Assembly: GCF_009914755.1 (NCBI RefSeq)
Contig: NC_060928.1
Length of the DNA stretch: 64,000 nt
From: the human T2T-CHM13v2.0 reference genome, Homo sapiens
Direction: 5' to 3' (one strand)
Part shown: one piece after another, positions 26,181-40,410 of the stretch
Numbering within the stretch: the stretch's first letter is position 1
How the letters are laid out: the number at the start of each line of letters is the position of its first letter
The notes under the pieces: model-generated
What the model was told of the DNA's origin: nothing
Database searches by the model: none
What the model saw: only the letters and a program-made list of their open reading frames with translations
Position numbers and translations under genes: made by a program

Positions 26181-28329
26181 CAAGATGTTACTTTCGTTCC
26201 TTTAATCCTAGAAGCAAGGATATCAACTGAGACTCTGTTTTTAAGTGCTCCAGACTTGAAATGAAAAGGTCTAGAATTTAGGTGGAAAAGGAAGGAGCAT
26301 TTAAAACACATGACAAGGTTTGATGACAGGTTCAAATTATGTTTCCTGATTGAAAGTCAACCTGTAATTCACATTTTTGTATTTTGAAATTTGGAGTGCA
26401 TTTTAATATATAATATAGTCTTTGGTTATATTTCTTTTCCGATGTGTCTCACAATGGAAAGTCTTTGGTATTACATATTATGAGATTAGATTAAGATCAC
26501 AAGGAGTATAGAGAAAGAAGGAAAGATTAAGGATTGAGAGGAGTTGAAGACCTAAGATTGAGAGAACCGTGAAGTAGAGTAAGATCATAGCCAATGCTTC
26601 AGCCACCTCAATGAGCTAACTGATTGTCCTTTTGGCCTTCTATACTCACCAGCTGGTCCAGAGGGATTAAAACCACATGTAAACTAGTTCATGTCCATTT
26701 TTTTTTCTGTATGTAAAAGTTCAAAGTAAATTACAAAGCATAAATTTGTGAAATAGCTATAATGATTCCTTTCCTCCTATCTTTGATACCTAGGAACATT
26801 TATTTGTTCTCAATCTTGCATAACTACAGCATAGCATAAGAGGAGTTATGGTAACATTCCTCAAAGAGGACATTACTCCGAAGTCAGCCCCCAATACAGC
26901 CAGTTCTCTTTGAAGTAATTAAGATTTTTACATTGATAGGTTTTGTCTTTCCCTGTCTGATTGCTCTCTTGCTGGGCATTAAACATTTTTGTATTAACTT
27001 TACTTAAGGCTTACTACTCCCTGACAATTACTAGGCTATTCTTATCTCCTAGGTGAAACTCCTGAAATACCATTGCATTTAGGTCCAAGGATTAACTGAC
27101 CATTTCTTTTACTTTCCCAGAAATCTGGTTGGAACTTGCGACCTGATGAAATAATTATAATTATTTTTGCAAAATAATAATAAAAATTCTCATGCATTTT
27201 TCATGGCCACAGAGTCAAGATCAAATGCTATGAGCTTTAAAAGTTTAAAAGTTCTGTAAATTATGTTGAACACATACCCTTGTTTAAAAATAAGGGCAAA
27301 GAAAGTTTTCAAAATGACAGTTGTAGGGTAAGAGGTGCAATGAGGTTTAATTTTCCTTGAGACATGCAAGAGGAAAGTTAATAATTTAGGGGAAAATATT
27401 AAATGCACTAAGGGAGAAAAGGTAGAATTTAAAGAAAAGTCTCCCACATTTAAAGGATTTCAGGAGAAGAAAACTAATGGAATGTTTATAAGAATGGCTA
27501 AAAACATTAATTCTAAACTACCAAAGAATGTTTTTCAAAGTTCATAACATAAGCTAAACTTCGCTGTTCAGAGTCTATATTCTGGCTAATGGGATAATTA
27601 AAATGTCAACCCAAAATGAATATATTTCAATTATAGCCGTGCCCTGTGCAATTAAAAATGCCTCACAGGAAAATAAACTTATTATTATTATGGGGGAATT
27701 TTTATTAGTTAAGGAATGCATTATCAGAGTTGATTGAGGTGATGTGGTAATGTCACCTTAATTCTCATAAATCAAACAAGGAATCCGGAAAGTGAACTTT
27801 TAAAAACATTTTAAAATGTTCAGCCTGAAGGAAAATAGATAAAGGCATATTCTATTGCTTTAGCAATCTTAGAATAGTAATTACCCTCCCAATAGGTGAG
27901 TGAGCAGGAACATTTAGCAGACCACAGGAGTTTAATGCCTATAAAATGGCCTTTCTTAAGTTTAATAGCAGATGTGTAGTGTTGGTTACCTCATTTTCAC
28001 TCTCATTAAGTAGAAAGTATGGCAACATTAAATGATTGGAAACTAGTCTCCAGATTTTTCTTTCCTTTTCCTCAGTAGATTTATAGATAATATCCATTAA
28101 ATTTTTAATTAGTACTTACATATAATATAGGAAGAACAGAAATATTAAATAAAAACATGCATATATTGATTCAAGCTGGATTTTTATTTCTGATATGATG
28201 GGCAAAATGTAACTGTCATTTCAATCATATTTTTAAGGCAGCTGTTAAGCTTGCATCTGAAAAAAATTGTGATGTAAATTATGTTGCAAGACAAGTAAGG
28301 ACTGGCCAGTAAGTATTACCACAACGTTC

Positions 28330-29020
28330 TCAGTTGTTGTGAAACCTAGGAGCCATCCTTGATTTGTTTCTTTCATTCATATCCAACATTCAATCCATCA
28401 AGTCCTGTTCACTCTGTCTTAGAAATGTAACTCTCAACTGATCTCTACTGACCACTTCCTCTAGAGTACAGAGTCTTCCCTGTGGCTTGCAAAGCCTCTG
28501 TGATCTGGAGTTTGAATTCCTCTATTCCTCTCTAGTCACACTGGCTAGTTTCTTCTATCCTCATGGGTTTGTGCTTGCTGTTTTCCTGCCTGGAATATTT
28601 CTCCCAGACCTTCCCATGCCTACCATTTTGCTTCATTCAGGGAAGTCTTTGCTTTCTGGCTCTTGCTGTGCTAAGAACTCTCTGACCCTGGAATTCGGAT
28701 GCCTCACAGCACTACCACCAGGACCTATCTGACCATCCTGTTTTATACTGCCAGGTCCTGCCAGACCTAGCACTTCAGGTCTTCTAGGTCACCTTCTACT
28801 TCTCGCTATAGCACACAACACCTTCTAACATTACAAAACTAAATTAGTTTTCATATTTCCTGCTTATTGTCTTCCTCTACCACAGTGCAAGCTCCATTAA
28901 GCAAAGATTTATTGGTGTCTTCTTTTTAGTTATTGTTGTTCACTTTTGTGTCCCAAATGCCTAGAACAAAGCCTGGTATATAGTAGCCCTGTAATAAATA
29001 ATTCCTGAATGAATAAATGG
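28330..29020 (+). mobile_element. L2 LINE 3' fragment
   Basis: CAATCCATCAAGTCCTG, CTGCCTGGAAT, GCAAGCTCCAT, CCTAGAAC...AATAAATAATTCCTGAATGAAT. Confidence 0.8.
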
Positions 29021-29139
29021 ATTTATTTGTCTTAGTTGTATAATGGTCTATCAGAAACATCATTTAGGTTTAAAGAAGAAATTTCAAAATTAAGATTAAT
29101 AGGAGTCAAGACAATATTTTCATAATAGTTTAAAATTTA

Positions 29140-29449
29140 GTGTTAGAAAATAGCAAAATTGCCCTCCATAATGTGAGTGGGCCTCATCTAATCAGTCAAA
29201 GGCCTGAATAGAACAAAAGACTGACCCCCACTGATGAAGAAGAAATTCTGCAGCAGATGGGCTCTGGACTTGAACTGCAACATCTGTTCTTTTCTGAGTC
29301 TGTAGCTGATAGCCTTCAGACTTGAACTACAAATTTTGAATTTGCCAGTCTCCATAATCATATGAGCCAATTCATTAAAACAAATCTCTCTCTATATATA
29401 CACACACATCCTATTGGGTCGATTTCTCTGGGAAACTCTGGCTAATACA
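29140..29449 (+). mobile_element. MLT2-type ERVL LTR, 3' part
   Basis: GCCCTCCATAATGTGAGTGGGCCTCATC, GCCTGAATAGAACAAAAG, end GGCTAATACA. Confidence 0.8.
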
Positions 29450-29504
29450 CTTTTCAATGACCCACCATCATTAAAATGATGATGATGATAATAATAAAAT
29501 TGGT

Positions 29505-29725
29505 AAGGATAACAGGCATTTAATGAGGATTTACTGCATGGCTGACACTATTTTAGTATTTTGTGTGTTTTAATTCATTTAACACTTCCATAAGTTATGA
29601 TAATTATTTTCCTTTTTCAAATAAGGTAACTGGGACAAGAGAATATTAAAGGATTTGCCCCAAGCCCCACAGCTAATAGAAGGTGGAGTTGGGATGTAAA
29701 CCTTCATGGTCAAGTGCACTAAAAG
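29505..29725 (-). mobile_element. MIR SINE
   Basis: AAATAAGGTAACTG...TTGCCCCAAGCCCCACAGCTAATA. Confidence 0.7.
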
Positions 29726-29780
29726 CCCTAGTAAATGAATAAAATGCCAAATCACTGTCTTTAATATTTTTTTTCTACAG

Positions 29781-29813
29781 AGCCATGTTACATATTTTAG
29801 TTTAAAGCTTCAG
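29781..29813 (+). CDS. Candidate 33-nt symmetric internal exon (SHVTYFSLKLQ), host gene unidentified
   Basis: Acceptor TTTTTTTTCTACAG, consensus donor CAG|GTAAGT; length divisible by 3; only phase 0 is stop-free; apparently non-repeat context. Confidence 0.5.
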
Positions 29814-31539
29814 GTAAGTGAACTTTTTCGAGACAAAAAAAATATGTTTATCTTCGGAGCTCTGTAGAAATCCTTTGAACATTTTATTGGCATATGTTTT
29901 AAATAGCTGTACTGCAAAGGAACTTCCTTTGTTTATTTCTAACTTGTGACTTCTGTTCTTCTCCTTAAGCGGCTGCTGACCTTTATCTTTTCTTCAAGCT
30001 GTAAAAAAAACAAGAGATATTCTAAATTAACCCCAAATTTCCGACTTGGCAGAGCTGTGTCAGAGATATTGCCCTGATAAAAAGTAAGCAAAAGGTAGAT
30101 ATCTGGGGAATGTTTAATTGAGTCATTTTGGAAACTGTTCAAGAAGATATTAACCTTATTTTGAAGCTAGGAGGGAAGAGTGAGGAGGGACATAGAATTA
30201 ATTTTTACAATTTCTTATCCTGTCTTCAGAGACCATTTATTACAGAGTTATTGTTGAAGTACTTAGTTAACATTAAATGGTTGAGTCAGGGTACCTCATC
30301 ATCAGAATGTCTATTAGAACTGTAAGACTGTTGATTCTAGAAGCAGAGATACATGTTGAAAAAATTTTATCCTTTTTCTCAAGTTACTTTTTTCATGAAA
30401 AATAATTTGAAATAGAACAATTATGTTTTTTGAAGCCCATATAATTGTTTTAAGTTATATACTATGGAAAAATAGCTTTTTTTTTGGACTTCTCCCTGGA
30501 AGTAGGGATTAAAGTTTATATTTTACAATAAAGTGACTCAATTTTTGTTCATTTACATCTGTTGCAATAGTTATGTAAATTCTACAAATTAATATTGTTT
30601 TAAAATACTGTCCAAAATGCAATGTAATTCTTCTTCTTTTTGTCTTTTGGCCTTTACTGAGAACAAAAAACATATTACTAAGAAGGAAACAGATGAAGGG
30701 TAATTCCACAATTCTTAGCTGAATCCCCAAAGAATACCCTACTCCCTATCTTTGTTTGTTCACATTTTGCAGGGGAAATATTAAACAATAATATTCATGT
30801 GATCACTTCATATTGGTGGGCAACACAGCCTTTCAGAAAAGCAACTTGGAATAAAATGAAAAAAGTAGTTTTTTTGAAATGTATTAAAGAAGTAGAGAAA
30901 TATTAGAATGTCAGTGAAAGGGAATTTTTCAACACAAAACTACTAATTTTAAGCACTTTCTATTTCGCAGTTGGTGTGAGAAAATTTATCCAGTGGAGAT
31001 ATGAAATTTGAAAGCCAAATTAGACCCTTTGAAAATCGAATCCAAATGTTTATGTGAATATTTGTCTGTGTGTTTTGGGAGAAGTTGTGAAGAATAGTTT
31101 CAATCACATGATCTCCATTTTAATTTTATCCACATGATCTCGGATCCTACAGGGACCCCTTAAGAAGAGAGAAGTAGGTTGGTGCAGGTGTCAGAGCAAG
31201 ATCAAAGGACAACAGGCCATCTTTAAAAAATAAAACAGGAAAATAACAATCTGGAATCTAGTCTTCAAGTGCTTTGATAATGACACCTACTTCGAGGAAA
31301 GCTTTTTGTGAATTTTTGATCCACATAAAACAAACACTCGCAAACACATTTTGTATTAAAAATAATTATCCATCAGGACGTTTAAATATTTTTTTAAATC
31401 ACTGTAGTATTAATACTTAAAGAAAGTCATGATGACGTCTGTTTTCCAGAGACATAGCTTCATGAGAAATATTACCTGTATGTGAAATTTATCCATGTAG
31501 AAACAAAGTTGAATTAAAACATTGTTTCTGCAAGTTACA

Positions 31540-32710
31540 CTTTAGATGGGAAGCTTATATTATGCAACAAAAGAAATTAATGAATGTATAAATTAAAATG
31601 TGAAAAGTTCAAAGAAAATAAGTGAATTCTGGAAGAGAATATCACAGACAAACTTGACCTAGTATATGGAAGTAAAAGAAATGATACTTCCCCTGAGATC
31701 AGGGATTGAGCAGGAGTTAACCAGTGATAGAAGGGAGCAGGAAGAGAATCCTAGATGGAGAGGGAAGTACAACATCCCTTGGAGGGAGGAAAGCCAGAAA
31801 GATGGCCAGGGTGGTTGGAGAGGAGAGAGGAAGGTGAAAAGAGATTGGGAATAAAGCTAGAGAGGTTAGCAAAGACCAGATCATGTAATAGCTCCCCACA
31901 GACCATGCCAAAGATAAGGGCCATTATTCTAAGAGCAACATAATAATAATTTTAAAAAGGTTATAATTGGGCTGTGAAGTGGGAGAAGAATTAGGGATGT
32001 GATAAGATCAGATTTACATTTTGAAAGAGGTAGCTTAACATAGAGAACAGGTTGGTCAGGGACTAGAATAAATTTTGGGAGGCCAGTTACTACAGAAATC
32101 CAGGGTAAAGGTGAAGATAAATTGATTAGAACAAAGGTAATGTAGTTAGAGAAGTTAATGAAATTTAGAAGTGATTAGCATGTGAGTTGCCTGAATTTGG
32201 TAATTTCTTTGATGTGAGAGGTGATGGATTGGGAGGTGTCATTCATCTTTGATTTCCAGGTTGGGGGTTGAGCAATTGGTTGGATGATGTGGCTGTTTAC
32301 TTAGATATTGAATACTATAAGAAGGTTTGTGAGGATAAGAGCATGCTTCAGCGTAGGATATACTGACTGCAGAACCTCTGAGGAATGCACATGGAATGTT
32401 TTATATGTGGCCAAAGATAAAAGCCTGGAATTTAGGAGAGAGTTAATTGTGGAGTATTAAATTAGTGAAACTATGGAAATGGATGAAATTAGCCTACAGA
32501 AAGAGCATAGTGTGGGAAGAGATGGCAAGTAAAAATAAGCCAAGATGGCAACATTTAATGGCTGGAATAAGGAGGATGAGATACCAAAGGCAAAGGAGAA
32601 GGAAGTGCCAAATATGTAGGAAGAAAACAAAGAGAACGTAGTTCAGGAACGATGAAGAAAAGAGTGCTGAAAGAAGTGAGTGGGCAGAAGTATGTAGTGA
32701 CTGAGGAATC
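31540..32710 (-). mobile_element. L2 LINE fragment
   Basis: GATCAGATTTACATTTTGAAAG, GGGAGGCCAGTTA, TGAGCAATTGGTTGGATG, GAGTGGATG-like purine-rich L2 motifs. Confidence 0.75.
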
Positions 32711-32745
32711 AATAAGAGGAGGATTAAAAATATTTTTTAAATTTG

Positions 32746-33036
32746 GACCAGGCACGGTGGTTTACATGTGTAATCCTAGCATTTTGGGAGTCTGAAGTGG
32801 GTGGATCACTGGAGGTCAGGAGTTCAAGAACAGCCTAACCAACATGGTGAAAACTTGTCTCTACTAAAAATAGAAAACATTAGCCGGTTGTGGTGGCATG
32901 TGCCTGTAATTCCAGCTACTCAGAAGGCTGAGGCACCAGAATCTCTTGAACCTGGGAGGCGGAGGTTGCTGTAAGCCGAGATTTTGCAACCGCACTCCAG
33001 CCTGGGCAACAGAGTGAGACTCCCGTCTCAAAAATA
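32746..33036 (+). mobile_element. AluS-type SINE with short tail
   Basis: GAGGTCAGGAGTTCAAGA dimer structure. Confidence 0.9.
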
Positions 33037-33069
33037 TATATTTTTTTTAATTAAAAAATTCAAAATTGG

Positions 33070-33930
33070 TAATCAGTAGAGACATTTTTGTTGACATATG
33101 CCTTTTATCTCTCTCAAGTAAATGTTTAGAAGTAGGATTGCTGGGTCATATGACAAGTGTGTGTTTAACTTTATAAGATATTGCAAGGTTACTTTCCATT
33201 GCAGCTGTATTAACCATTCCACCAAAAATACACAAGATTTCCAGGTGCGCCACTTCCTCACAAACACCTGGTACTATGAGTCTTTTTAATTTTTTAATGG
33301 CTTTATCGAGGCAAACTTGACTCTGTTAGTCAGTTCTCACACTGCTGTAAAGAACTACCTGAGACTGGGTAATGTATGAAGAAAAAAAGTTTAATTGACT
33401 CACAGTTCCACAGGCTATACAGGAAGCATGACTGTGGAGGCCTCAGGAAACTTACAACCATGGCAGAAGGCAAAGGGGAAGCAAGGCATGTCTTCATATG
33501 GCCAGCAAGAGAAAGAGGGGGGTGGGAAGAGATGCTACACACTTTTAAACAACCAGATCTTTTGAGAACTCTATCAGAAGAAGAGCAAGGGGGATGTCCA
33601 CCTTCGTGATTCAGTCACCTCCCACCAGGCCCCACCTCCAACACTTGGGATCACAATTCAATATGAGACTCGGCTGGGGACACGGATCCAAACCATATAA
33701 TTGACAGACAATAAACTGCACGTATTAAATTGTACAGTTTGATATATTTTGACATAGGTGACCTGTGGAACCACAATTAAGACAAATACATATTCATCAC
33801 CTCAAAAATTTCTTTTTTGTAACTCCCTCCTCCCACTGCTCCGCTACCTCCACCATCTCTGGTAACAACTAATTTGCTTTCTCTCACTACACAATAGTTT
33901 GCATCTTCTAGCATTCTGAATAAAAGGACT
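33070..33930 (-). mobile_element. Ancient L1M 3' fragments split by THE1/MST LTR
   Basis: AGAAGTAGGATTGCTGGGTCATATG; CATCACCTCAAAAATTTC; translation YDPAILLL. Confidence 0.65.
33322..33700 (-). mobile_element. THE1D/MSTA-type MaLR solo LTR
   Basis: AAGAACTACCTGAGACTGGGTAAT, GGCCTCAGGAAACTTACAA; TSD TTGAC at 33317-33321 and 33701-33705. Confidence 0.9.
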
Positions 33931-36616
33931 ATACTTAAATGAAAGCTCCCCTTGTCCATTCTGTATTACTGTGGATAAGACTGTGTACTTAGATTGTAAT
34001 ATTTTACAAACCTGTGTGAAAATTATGGAGGCCCATATGTGAATTAAACTTTGAAGCATTTTCACATTCTCCATGATCCACATAATTTTAAGGTAAAATA
34101 CTTTTATGTGCAATGAATATGTTGTATTTTTTAAAGCAGATACCTCTTGTTACACATTTTGGTCTTCTGCTATTTTTGGAAATTATAAAGTGGATTATAA
34201 CAAATACTCTAGTAATGGAAATTTGTACACATCCCAATGTGAAGTGAAAGGCATTCAAATTTTATAATGGTTAAATTATATTTAAAGCTCTTGAAATACA
34301 TTGCCAACTTCACTCCAGAAGAGTTGGACCAATTTACAATTTTAATGAGAGTGCCAGCTTACCTAAACCCTCATTAACCCTGGTTAGCCATTGTTAAAAA
34401 AAAAACAAAAAACAAAAAACAAACAAACAAACAAAAACACCTCTATCCATTGTTAAGTACAATAATAATATTGGTGGTGAAACATTTTCATATTACATTT
34501 TTAAGAAAAAAAGCAGATTTCAAAATAGCATGTATGTTATAACCCAGTTTCAAAAGATGTTTGAGTATATGTGTGTGTATTCGAAATACATCCATCTAAA
34601 GATTCATATGTGTATATATGTGTGTGTATGTGAGTTATGTACAGTGTTTTCAGTGTTATTTCTGGGTGGTGGATAGGTATAAATATGGATAATTTTTGGG
34701 TTTAGGTATTTTATGTTCAAGTACTACTGCAATAAACATGTATTGTTTTAGTACTAATTTGAATTTACCTCTTAAAATTGTTTTAATTAAACATCAACTT
34801 TAGCCAGACCATATTATTTTATATGAGAATATAAACCATGTTTTGTATTTGTCTGCTGGCTATATATATAGGATCAGAGGAGATATTTGGCTGTTTTATT
34901 AGATGGAGAAGAGTAGGTGTGCAGTAAGGAAGTGTAGGTGTGCAGTTAAGAAGAGAATGATGAAGACAGGGAACAGAAAGAATGAATTCAGGAATATTAT
35001 TTTCCAAATTAGCTGGAGAAATTAGTCATCAAAGACCAACTGCAGCTCTTCCAGCAGCCATTGTCTTTCTATTTTAATGTAACCAAATATTTCACGTAGA
35101 CTCACAAAACACTTTTTTACTGCTTTTTATTTTAGGTTTCACAGTTGTTGTTTTTTCTGTTCTAAAAATATGTATTATATTAGATTTAACAGGAATAATT
35201 TTCTTTGTTAACAATTTCAAAATGTACCATTTTATACTTCAAAAGTTTTATCTCATTCTTTTTTTCAATTAAAGGTGGTGATGGGAAACCTATGTCTCAT
35301 TAGCGTTTGCACTTTACAGAGCAGTACAAGCTAAATTGTATCAATTAATTTTAAATGGTACAAATTTTAATTAATGTAATTAAAACAGTTTACAACACTA
35401 TCAGCTTAAGCTTGTGAAGATGATTTGACTTGTAGATTTATAAGTTCTTTATAGATGAAAAGATCTTGGATATATTTTAGAAAAGTTGGGATTTTTCTCT
35501 TTATTGTAATTAATATAATAATTTAAAAAGGAACCTCATCTTCATCTTTCATTAAATGTTAATACTGTTTTGGATCATTTGGTGTTATTGAAAAAGGAAT
35601 CTTTTTAAAGTTTATATATGCCTTGATGTATAATTATCTTGATAAACCTCATAAGATAAAACATAGCTCCTTTTCACTACTTATTCTTATATCAATCCTG
35701 TCATCAAATTTTTTACATGTAAGAAGATTAAAAACGGAATTATATTGCCTAAAAGTTAGATTCTCCTTTTATGAATAGAGTAAGTGTGAATGAGTTACAG
35801 ATTTTTACTTTTCAAAGTTCAAATTGTTTAATAACCTTAAAGACAAAAAAAAGTTTAAATTTATTTAGCATGTTTATTTTCTTTCCAAATTATAACACAT
35901 GCTCCAATGCCTCAAACAATGATTACATTTTCTGGAGTTAAATGTTTGAACATCTGTAACTAGACTTCACAGGCAAATTTTTCTTATACATTGCTATGGC
36001 TAAAATGCTTAGCCTGTAACACAGAACGTAACTAGATAGATATTTATTTAATAATTGAATCATGGCTTTGTAGAGGAATAAATTGAAATACAAAGGAATT
36101 AACTCAATCCAAATGTCATTCAACTCAAAATGTAATTTTGTATGTAAAGGTTGTAGATACATATAGTAATACGATTTTTCCCTTTGCATCACCAATTTAT
36201 CCAGAATACTAAAGGTTGCCCCTTGATTTCTCCTTCAGCTGAACTTCTGGTCATCTAAGTTGTTATAGATTTCCAGTCCTGGTTTCTATCATTATGATAA
36301 ATAGTTGGTCTTGATATTGATGTGTCAATAATTGTGTCCTGGTTTATTCTCTGAAGTTCATGTTCTACCACAAGAGTATTTCTTATTTATTCGTTCATTC
36401 ATCATCTAGTTATTCAATAGCTATTATTGACTCCCTATTATGCCAGACACTACAATAGCAGCACTGAGCCATACAGACTCAGTTCTTTCTTTCAAGGTGG
36501 TAACATTGTATGAGAGAGAATCCCTCCCTATCTCCTAGCAGAGCTTCAGAAATATTTCAAATATGCTTCACTTGGGCAGTTCTTGGTAATTTTCCCTATA
36601 CCTTGAATGCCTTGCA

Positions 36617-37195
36617 TGGTCGTCAGAATTCTAAGATGATCTCCAATGACCCCACTCCCTTGTATATCTTGGGCCCTTGAGTTTGAAGTGATGTGTGGAT
36701 ACAGTGGTTATGTTATGCTATATTAAGCAGTTGATTTTAAATAGAGAGTATCTTTGGGTCTCACCTAATCAGGTGAGCCCTTAAAAAGAGAGGGGATTCT
36801 TTCTTGTAAAAAAGATTTCAAGCTCCAGAAAGATTCAGTGTCCTACCGCTAACTTTGAAGATGGAGGAAGCCACGTAGCCAGGAACTGCTGGAGCCTGAA
36901 AGAATTAATAGCATTCTCCGCCTGACAGCCAGAAAGGAAATGAGGACCTCAATCGTATGACTTCAAGACACGGAATTCTGACAGAATCAGGTAAGCAGGA
37001 AAGAGGACTCCAAGTTCCTGAAGAGAATAAAGCCCAGCGGACATCCCGATTTCAGCCTTGGGGTACCCTGAGCAGGGAACCCAGTCTCACTATGGCCAGA
37101 CTTCTGATCTACATAATTGTGAGATAATAAAGGGGTATTGCGTTACTCTGCTAAATTCATGGTGATGTGCTGACTCATCATTAGAGAACAACACA
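36617..37195 (+). mobile_element. MLT1 (E/F-like) MaLR solo LTR
   Basis: CAGAATTCTAAGATG, CTTTGAAGATGGAGGAAGCCACGT, GACTTCTGATCTAC, TGTGAGATAATAAA. Confidence 0.8.
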
Positions 37196-37876
37196 CCTTG
37201 GCCAAGCCCAGCCTCAGCGTATTGTAGTAAAATTTATCCTTCATATTATGGCAGTTCTTGGATTGAATTCAGTAGTCTAAAGGACAATTATGAAGAAAAA
37301 TATTGAGAATAATCTAATATATAACATAAACTTCTGGAAAATATTCTTTAAGAGATCCATAGAAAAGATAGTTAGGATTTTCAAGAATAGACTTGTCTAT
37401 GGATATTCACTTCATGAGAAATGGAAAATTCTGTCCATATGAAAGCCAATAACACCAATTATTTTAAAAGAGAGGCATCTAAACCAAATGTTAACTTTCT
37501 GAGACATTGGTCTTTTCAAAAGAATGTTTACAAACAATGATAAAATAATATAAAAGGGAGTATTAATCTAAAATAGAAAAAGAAAGTTAAGTACCAGAAT
37601 AATTTTAGGTTAACAAAAATTAAAAAATAAGAGAGGTAAACTTGTGACCCACATTCAGGCTATTTATTTATTTATTCAAAAGCGCTTCTCTAATTCTGTG
37701 CATGATGTATCTATAAGCCATAAAACTTTATACTTTGTTTCATCAACTAATGCTGATACATAAGTCATCCAACTGGCTGAATGAGAGGCAAAGTAGCCTT
37801 ACTTCAAATTACAGTGAAAAACTAATTTGCATCCCCCCACTCCTCTTGTTTCTGGATCTTCCTTTTTGTAGGCCAG

Positions 37877-38130
37877 ATTTTTTTCTGTCGCCCAGGCTGG
37901 AGTGCAGTGGCGCAATGTGAGCTCACTGCAACCTCTGCTCCCGGGTTCAAGTAATCCTCCTACCTCAGCCTACTGAGTAGCTGGGACTACAGGCATGTAT
38001 CACCAGGCCTGGCTGTTTTTTCGTGGGTTTTTTTTTTTCTCCTGTAAAGACGGTTTCTCCATGTTGCTCAGGCTGGTCTTGAACTCCTCACAAAGTGCTG
38101 GGATTACAGGCATGAGCCACCATTCAAGCC
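37877..38130 (-). mobile_element. Alu with internal deletions
   Basis: Alu dimer missing ~30 nt between GAACTCCT and CAAAGTGCTGGG. Confidence 0.88.
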
Positions 38131-39271
38131 CTTTTTTTTTTTTTTAGCCAATCTTAACAACTTTTCTTCAACTTTCTATTTGGAAACCTGAAGAAATCCA
38201 GTCTCCCTGCTTTAATAACTTCTGATAAAACTCATGGCTTAGGCCTATGAAGCCACTGACACGACTTTATGCCTTGGTTTCATTTGGACCTGTCAATCCT
38301 GGTTATTCCAACATACATATACTATTACTTCCTTGTCACTTTTGGCTCCTGTTTGAAATATCAGTTTCCTCTGCTGATACACCTAAATATTCTGAGATTC
38401 CTTTCCCTTCCCTTTACAATGTTTGTCCTTTTCAAGAGTGAACAAATGTTAAAACAAGTTCATCCACATTTACTGGATGCTCAGGCTCCACGTGGACCAC
38501 CCTGGCTTCCAGTAGGTGCGATGTGGCTGTGACGTCGGGCAGAATATCTTTGCTGGGATAAATGAGTAAGACAGAGTCCAGAAAGGCTGCTGGAGATCAG
38601 CTTGGAGCCAATAAACAGTTGTGTAACACAGAAGGGAAGAGGACAAGGTCAGGAACTGCTGGGTGGACCCACCCTCTTTTTCAATCTTATTATGGCAGTT
38701 GAGCTTCTGAGGAGCACAAATCAGGCAAGTGGAAAAACATAACTGGGTTGAAAGCAGTAGGGAGAAGCTTCAGGGAAGAGTAGATACAGCAGGGCTGAGG
38801 AAAATGAAGAGAGGTAGTACCTTCAGTAGCAGTAGTACAGAGGCATCTGGTCACTGAGCTGGGTCCAGCTCTGATGTTTTTCCGGAAAATCATGACTTGC
38901 TAATGCATGCCTTTCAATGTGCTCAATATGGACTTCTGAATGATTCAAGGGGTGACTGAGGAGAAACCCTATTTCACTTTTTACTTCAAGATTGGATTAT
39001 ATCTGTTTACTCTGCCTAGGACCTTGTTGTGCATAGTATAAATAATTTCAAGTGGCATAAAATGTATTGGCAGTATTAGATTAATATGTAACTGACTCAG
39101 AGCTAGATGCAACTGTCCCAAATACCAATTTGACTTTTACTAAACTATCTCAGTTTCCATAATATTATAATTTTTTGGTAGTTAAAAAAAGCCTTTGGCC
39201 CAATAGACTGGATTTATCTCAAAATGTATTATTGAGCTCTTTCGGGTATTGGCCCAGAAATGTGAACAGCA

Positions 39272-39540
39272 AGGGAGGCAGTATGGAATCATGGTTCACC
39301 ATAAAACTCTGGAGTCTAATTTTCTAGGTTTGAATCCTTCCTGTGATAGTTAATAGCTGTGTGAATTTCAGCAAGTCCCATAACCCCTATTGTTCTCAGT
39401 TTTCTCATTTGTGAAGTTCAGTTAATAATAATATGTACCTCATGGGGTCCATGTGCCCATCAAATGAAATATTGTGAGTAAAATGCTGAGCAAGAAGCCT
39501 GGCCCATGGAAAGTAACCAGTTATTGACTAATATTATTAT
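39272..39540 (+). mobile_element. MIR SINE
   Basis: GGTTTGAATCC, AGCTGTGTGA, CTCAGTTTTCTCATTTGTGAA. Confidence 0.8.
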
Positions 39541-40103
39541 TAAGTGCTTGTGGGAGGCACTTTCCTATTTATCACATGTGATACTCCTGCTCATCTTGAG
39601 AGCAGTAGTGCTCTGGCATTACTAAATATTTAATTGAATAGACACTCTTGATTTCATTAATATCCCCAAGTTCTTTTTATGTGCTAAGAGTCTCCATTTA
39701 AAATTGATATTCTCATGCTTTATCAAAATTCTCTTGTGGTGAAAAGTTCATATTCATAAGGGAGAGGGAAAGTTGTTTTTAGCTCTTGGGCCAATGAGAA
39801 GAATACCCCAATCCCCCATCCCATCTGCCTACAGACTTATTGAAGTGCAGGTGCCAGAGGAAAAGGAATAGCAAACATTTGGCTTGCAACGATAACAATA
39901 TTAATATAATTTACTAGCTTAACAACTGTTGACTATCACAATCTTTTTCATCTATACCAGTGAAAAATAATTTTTCAGAGTTGTTTTAATTAATTATTTT
40001 AAGTACTTTATTGTTATAGGTTGAACATATTTTCAGGTTTGTATTAGATTATTGCCTACCACAATTTAATATGCATAAGAATCAATGAGGGCTTAGGTTC
40101 TGC

Positions 40104-40410
40104 ATTTTTATTTTATTTTATTTTATTTTTGAGACAGAGTCTCACTCTGTTGCCCAGGCTAGAGTACAGTGACGTGATCTCGGCTCACCACAACCTCCAC
40201 CTCCTGGGTTTAAGAGGTTCTCCTGCCTCAACTTCCCGAGTAGCTGGGACTACAAGCATGCGCCACCATACCCGACTAATTTTTGTATTTTTAGTAGAGA
40301 CAGGGTTTCACTATGTTGGCCAGGCGGGTCTCAAACTCCTGGCCTCAAGATCTGCCCCCGTCGGCCTCCCAAAGTTCTGGGATTACAGGCATGAGCCACC
40401 ACTCCCGGCC
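40104..40410 (-). mobile_element. AluS-type SINE inserted in a MER5A-like remnant
   Basis: Alu dimer; TSD AGGKTCTGCATTT on both sides; flank TGCTGCTGCTCC...CACATTGAGAAGC. Confidence 0.9.

Noticed and set aside
34912-34953. 21-bp tandem pair (and similar small pairs near 5505, 10047, 21142, 23510)
   Set aside because: Ordinary short slippage duplications with no sign of function.
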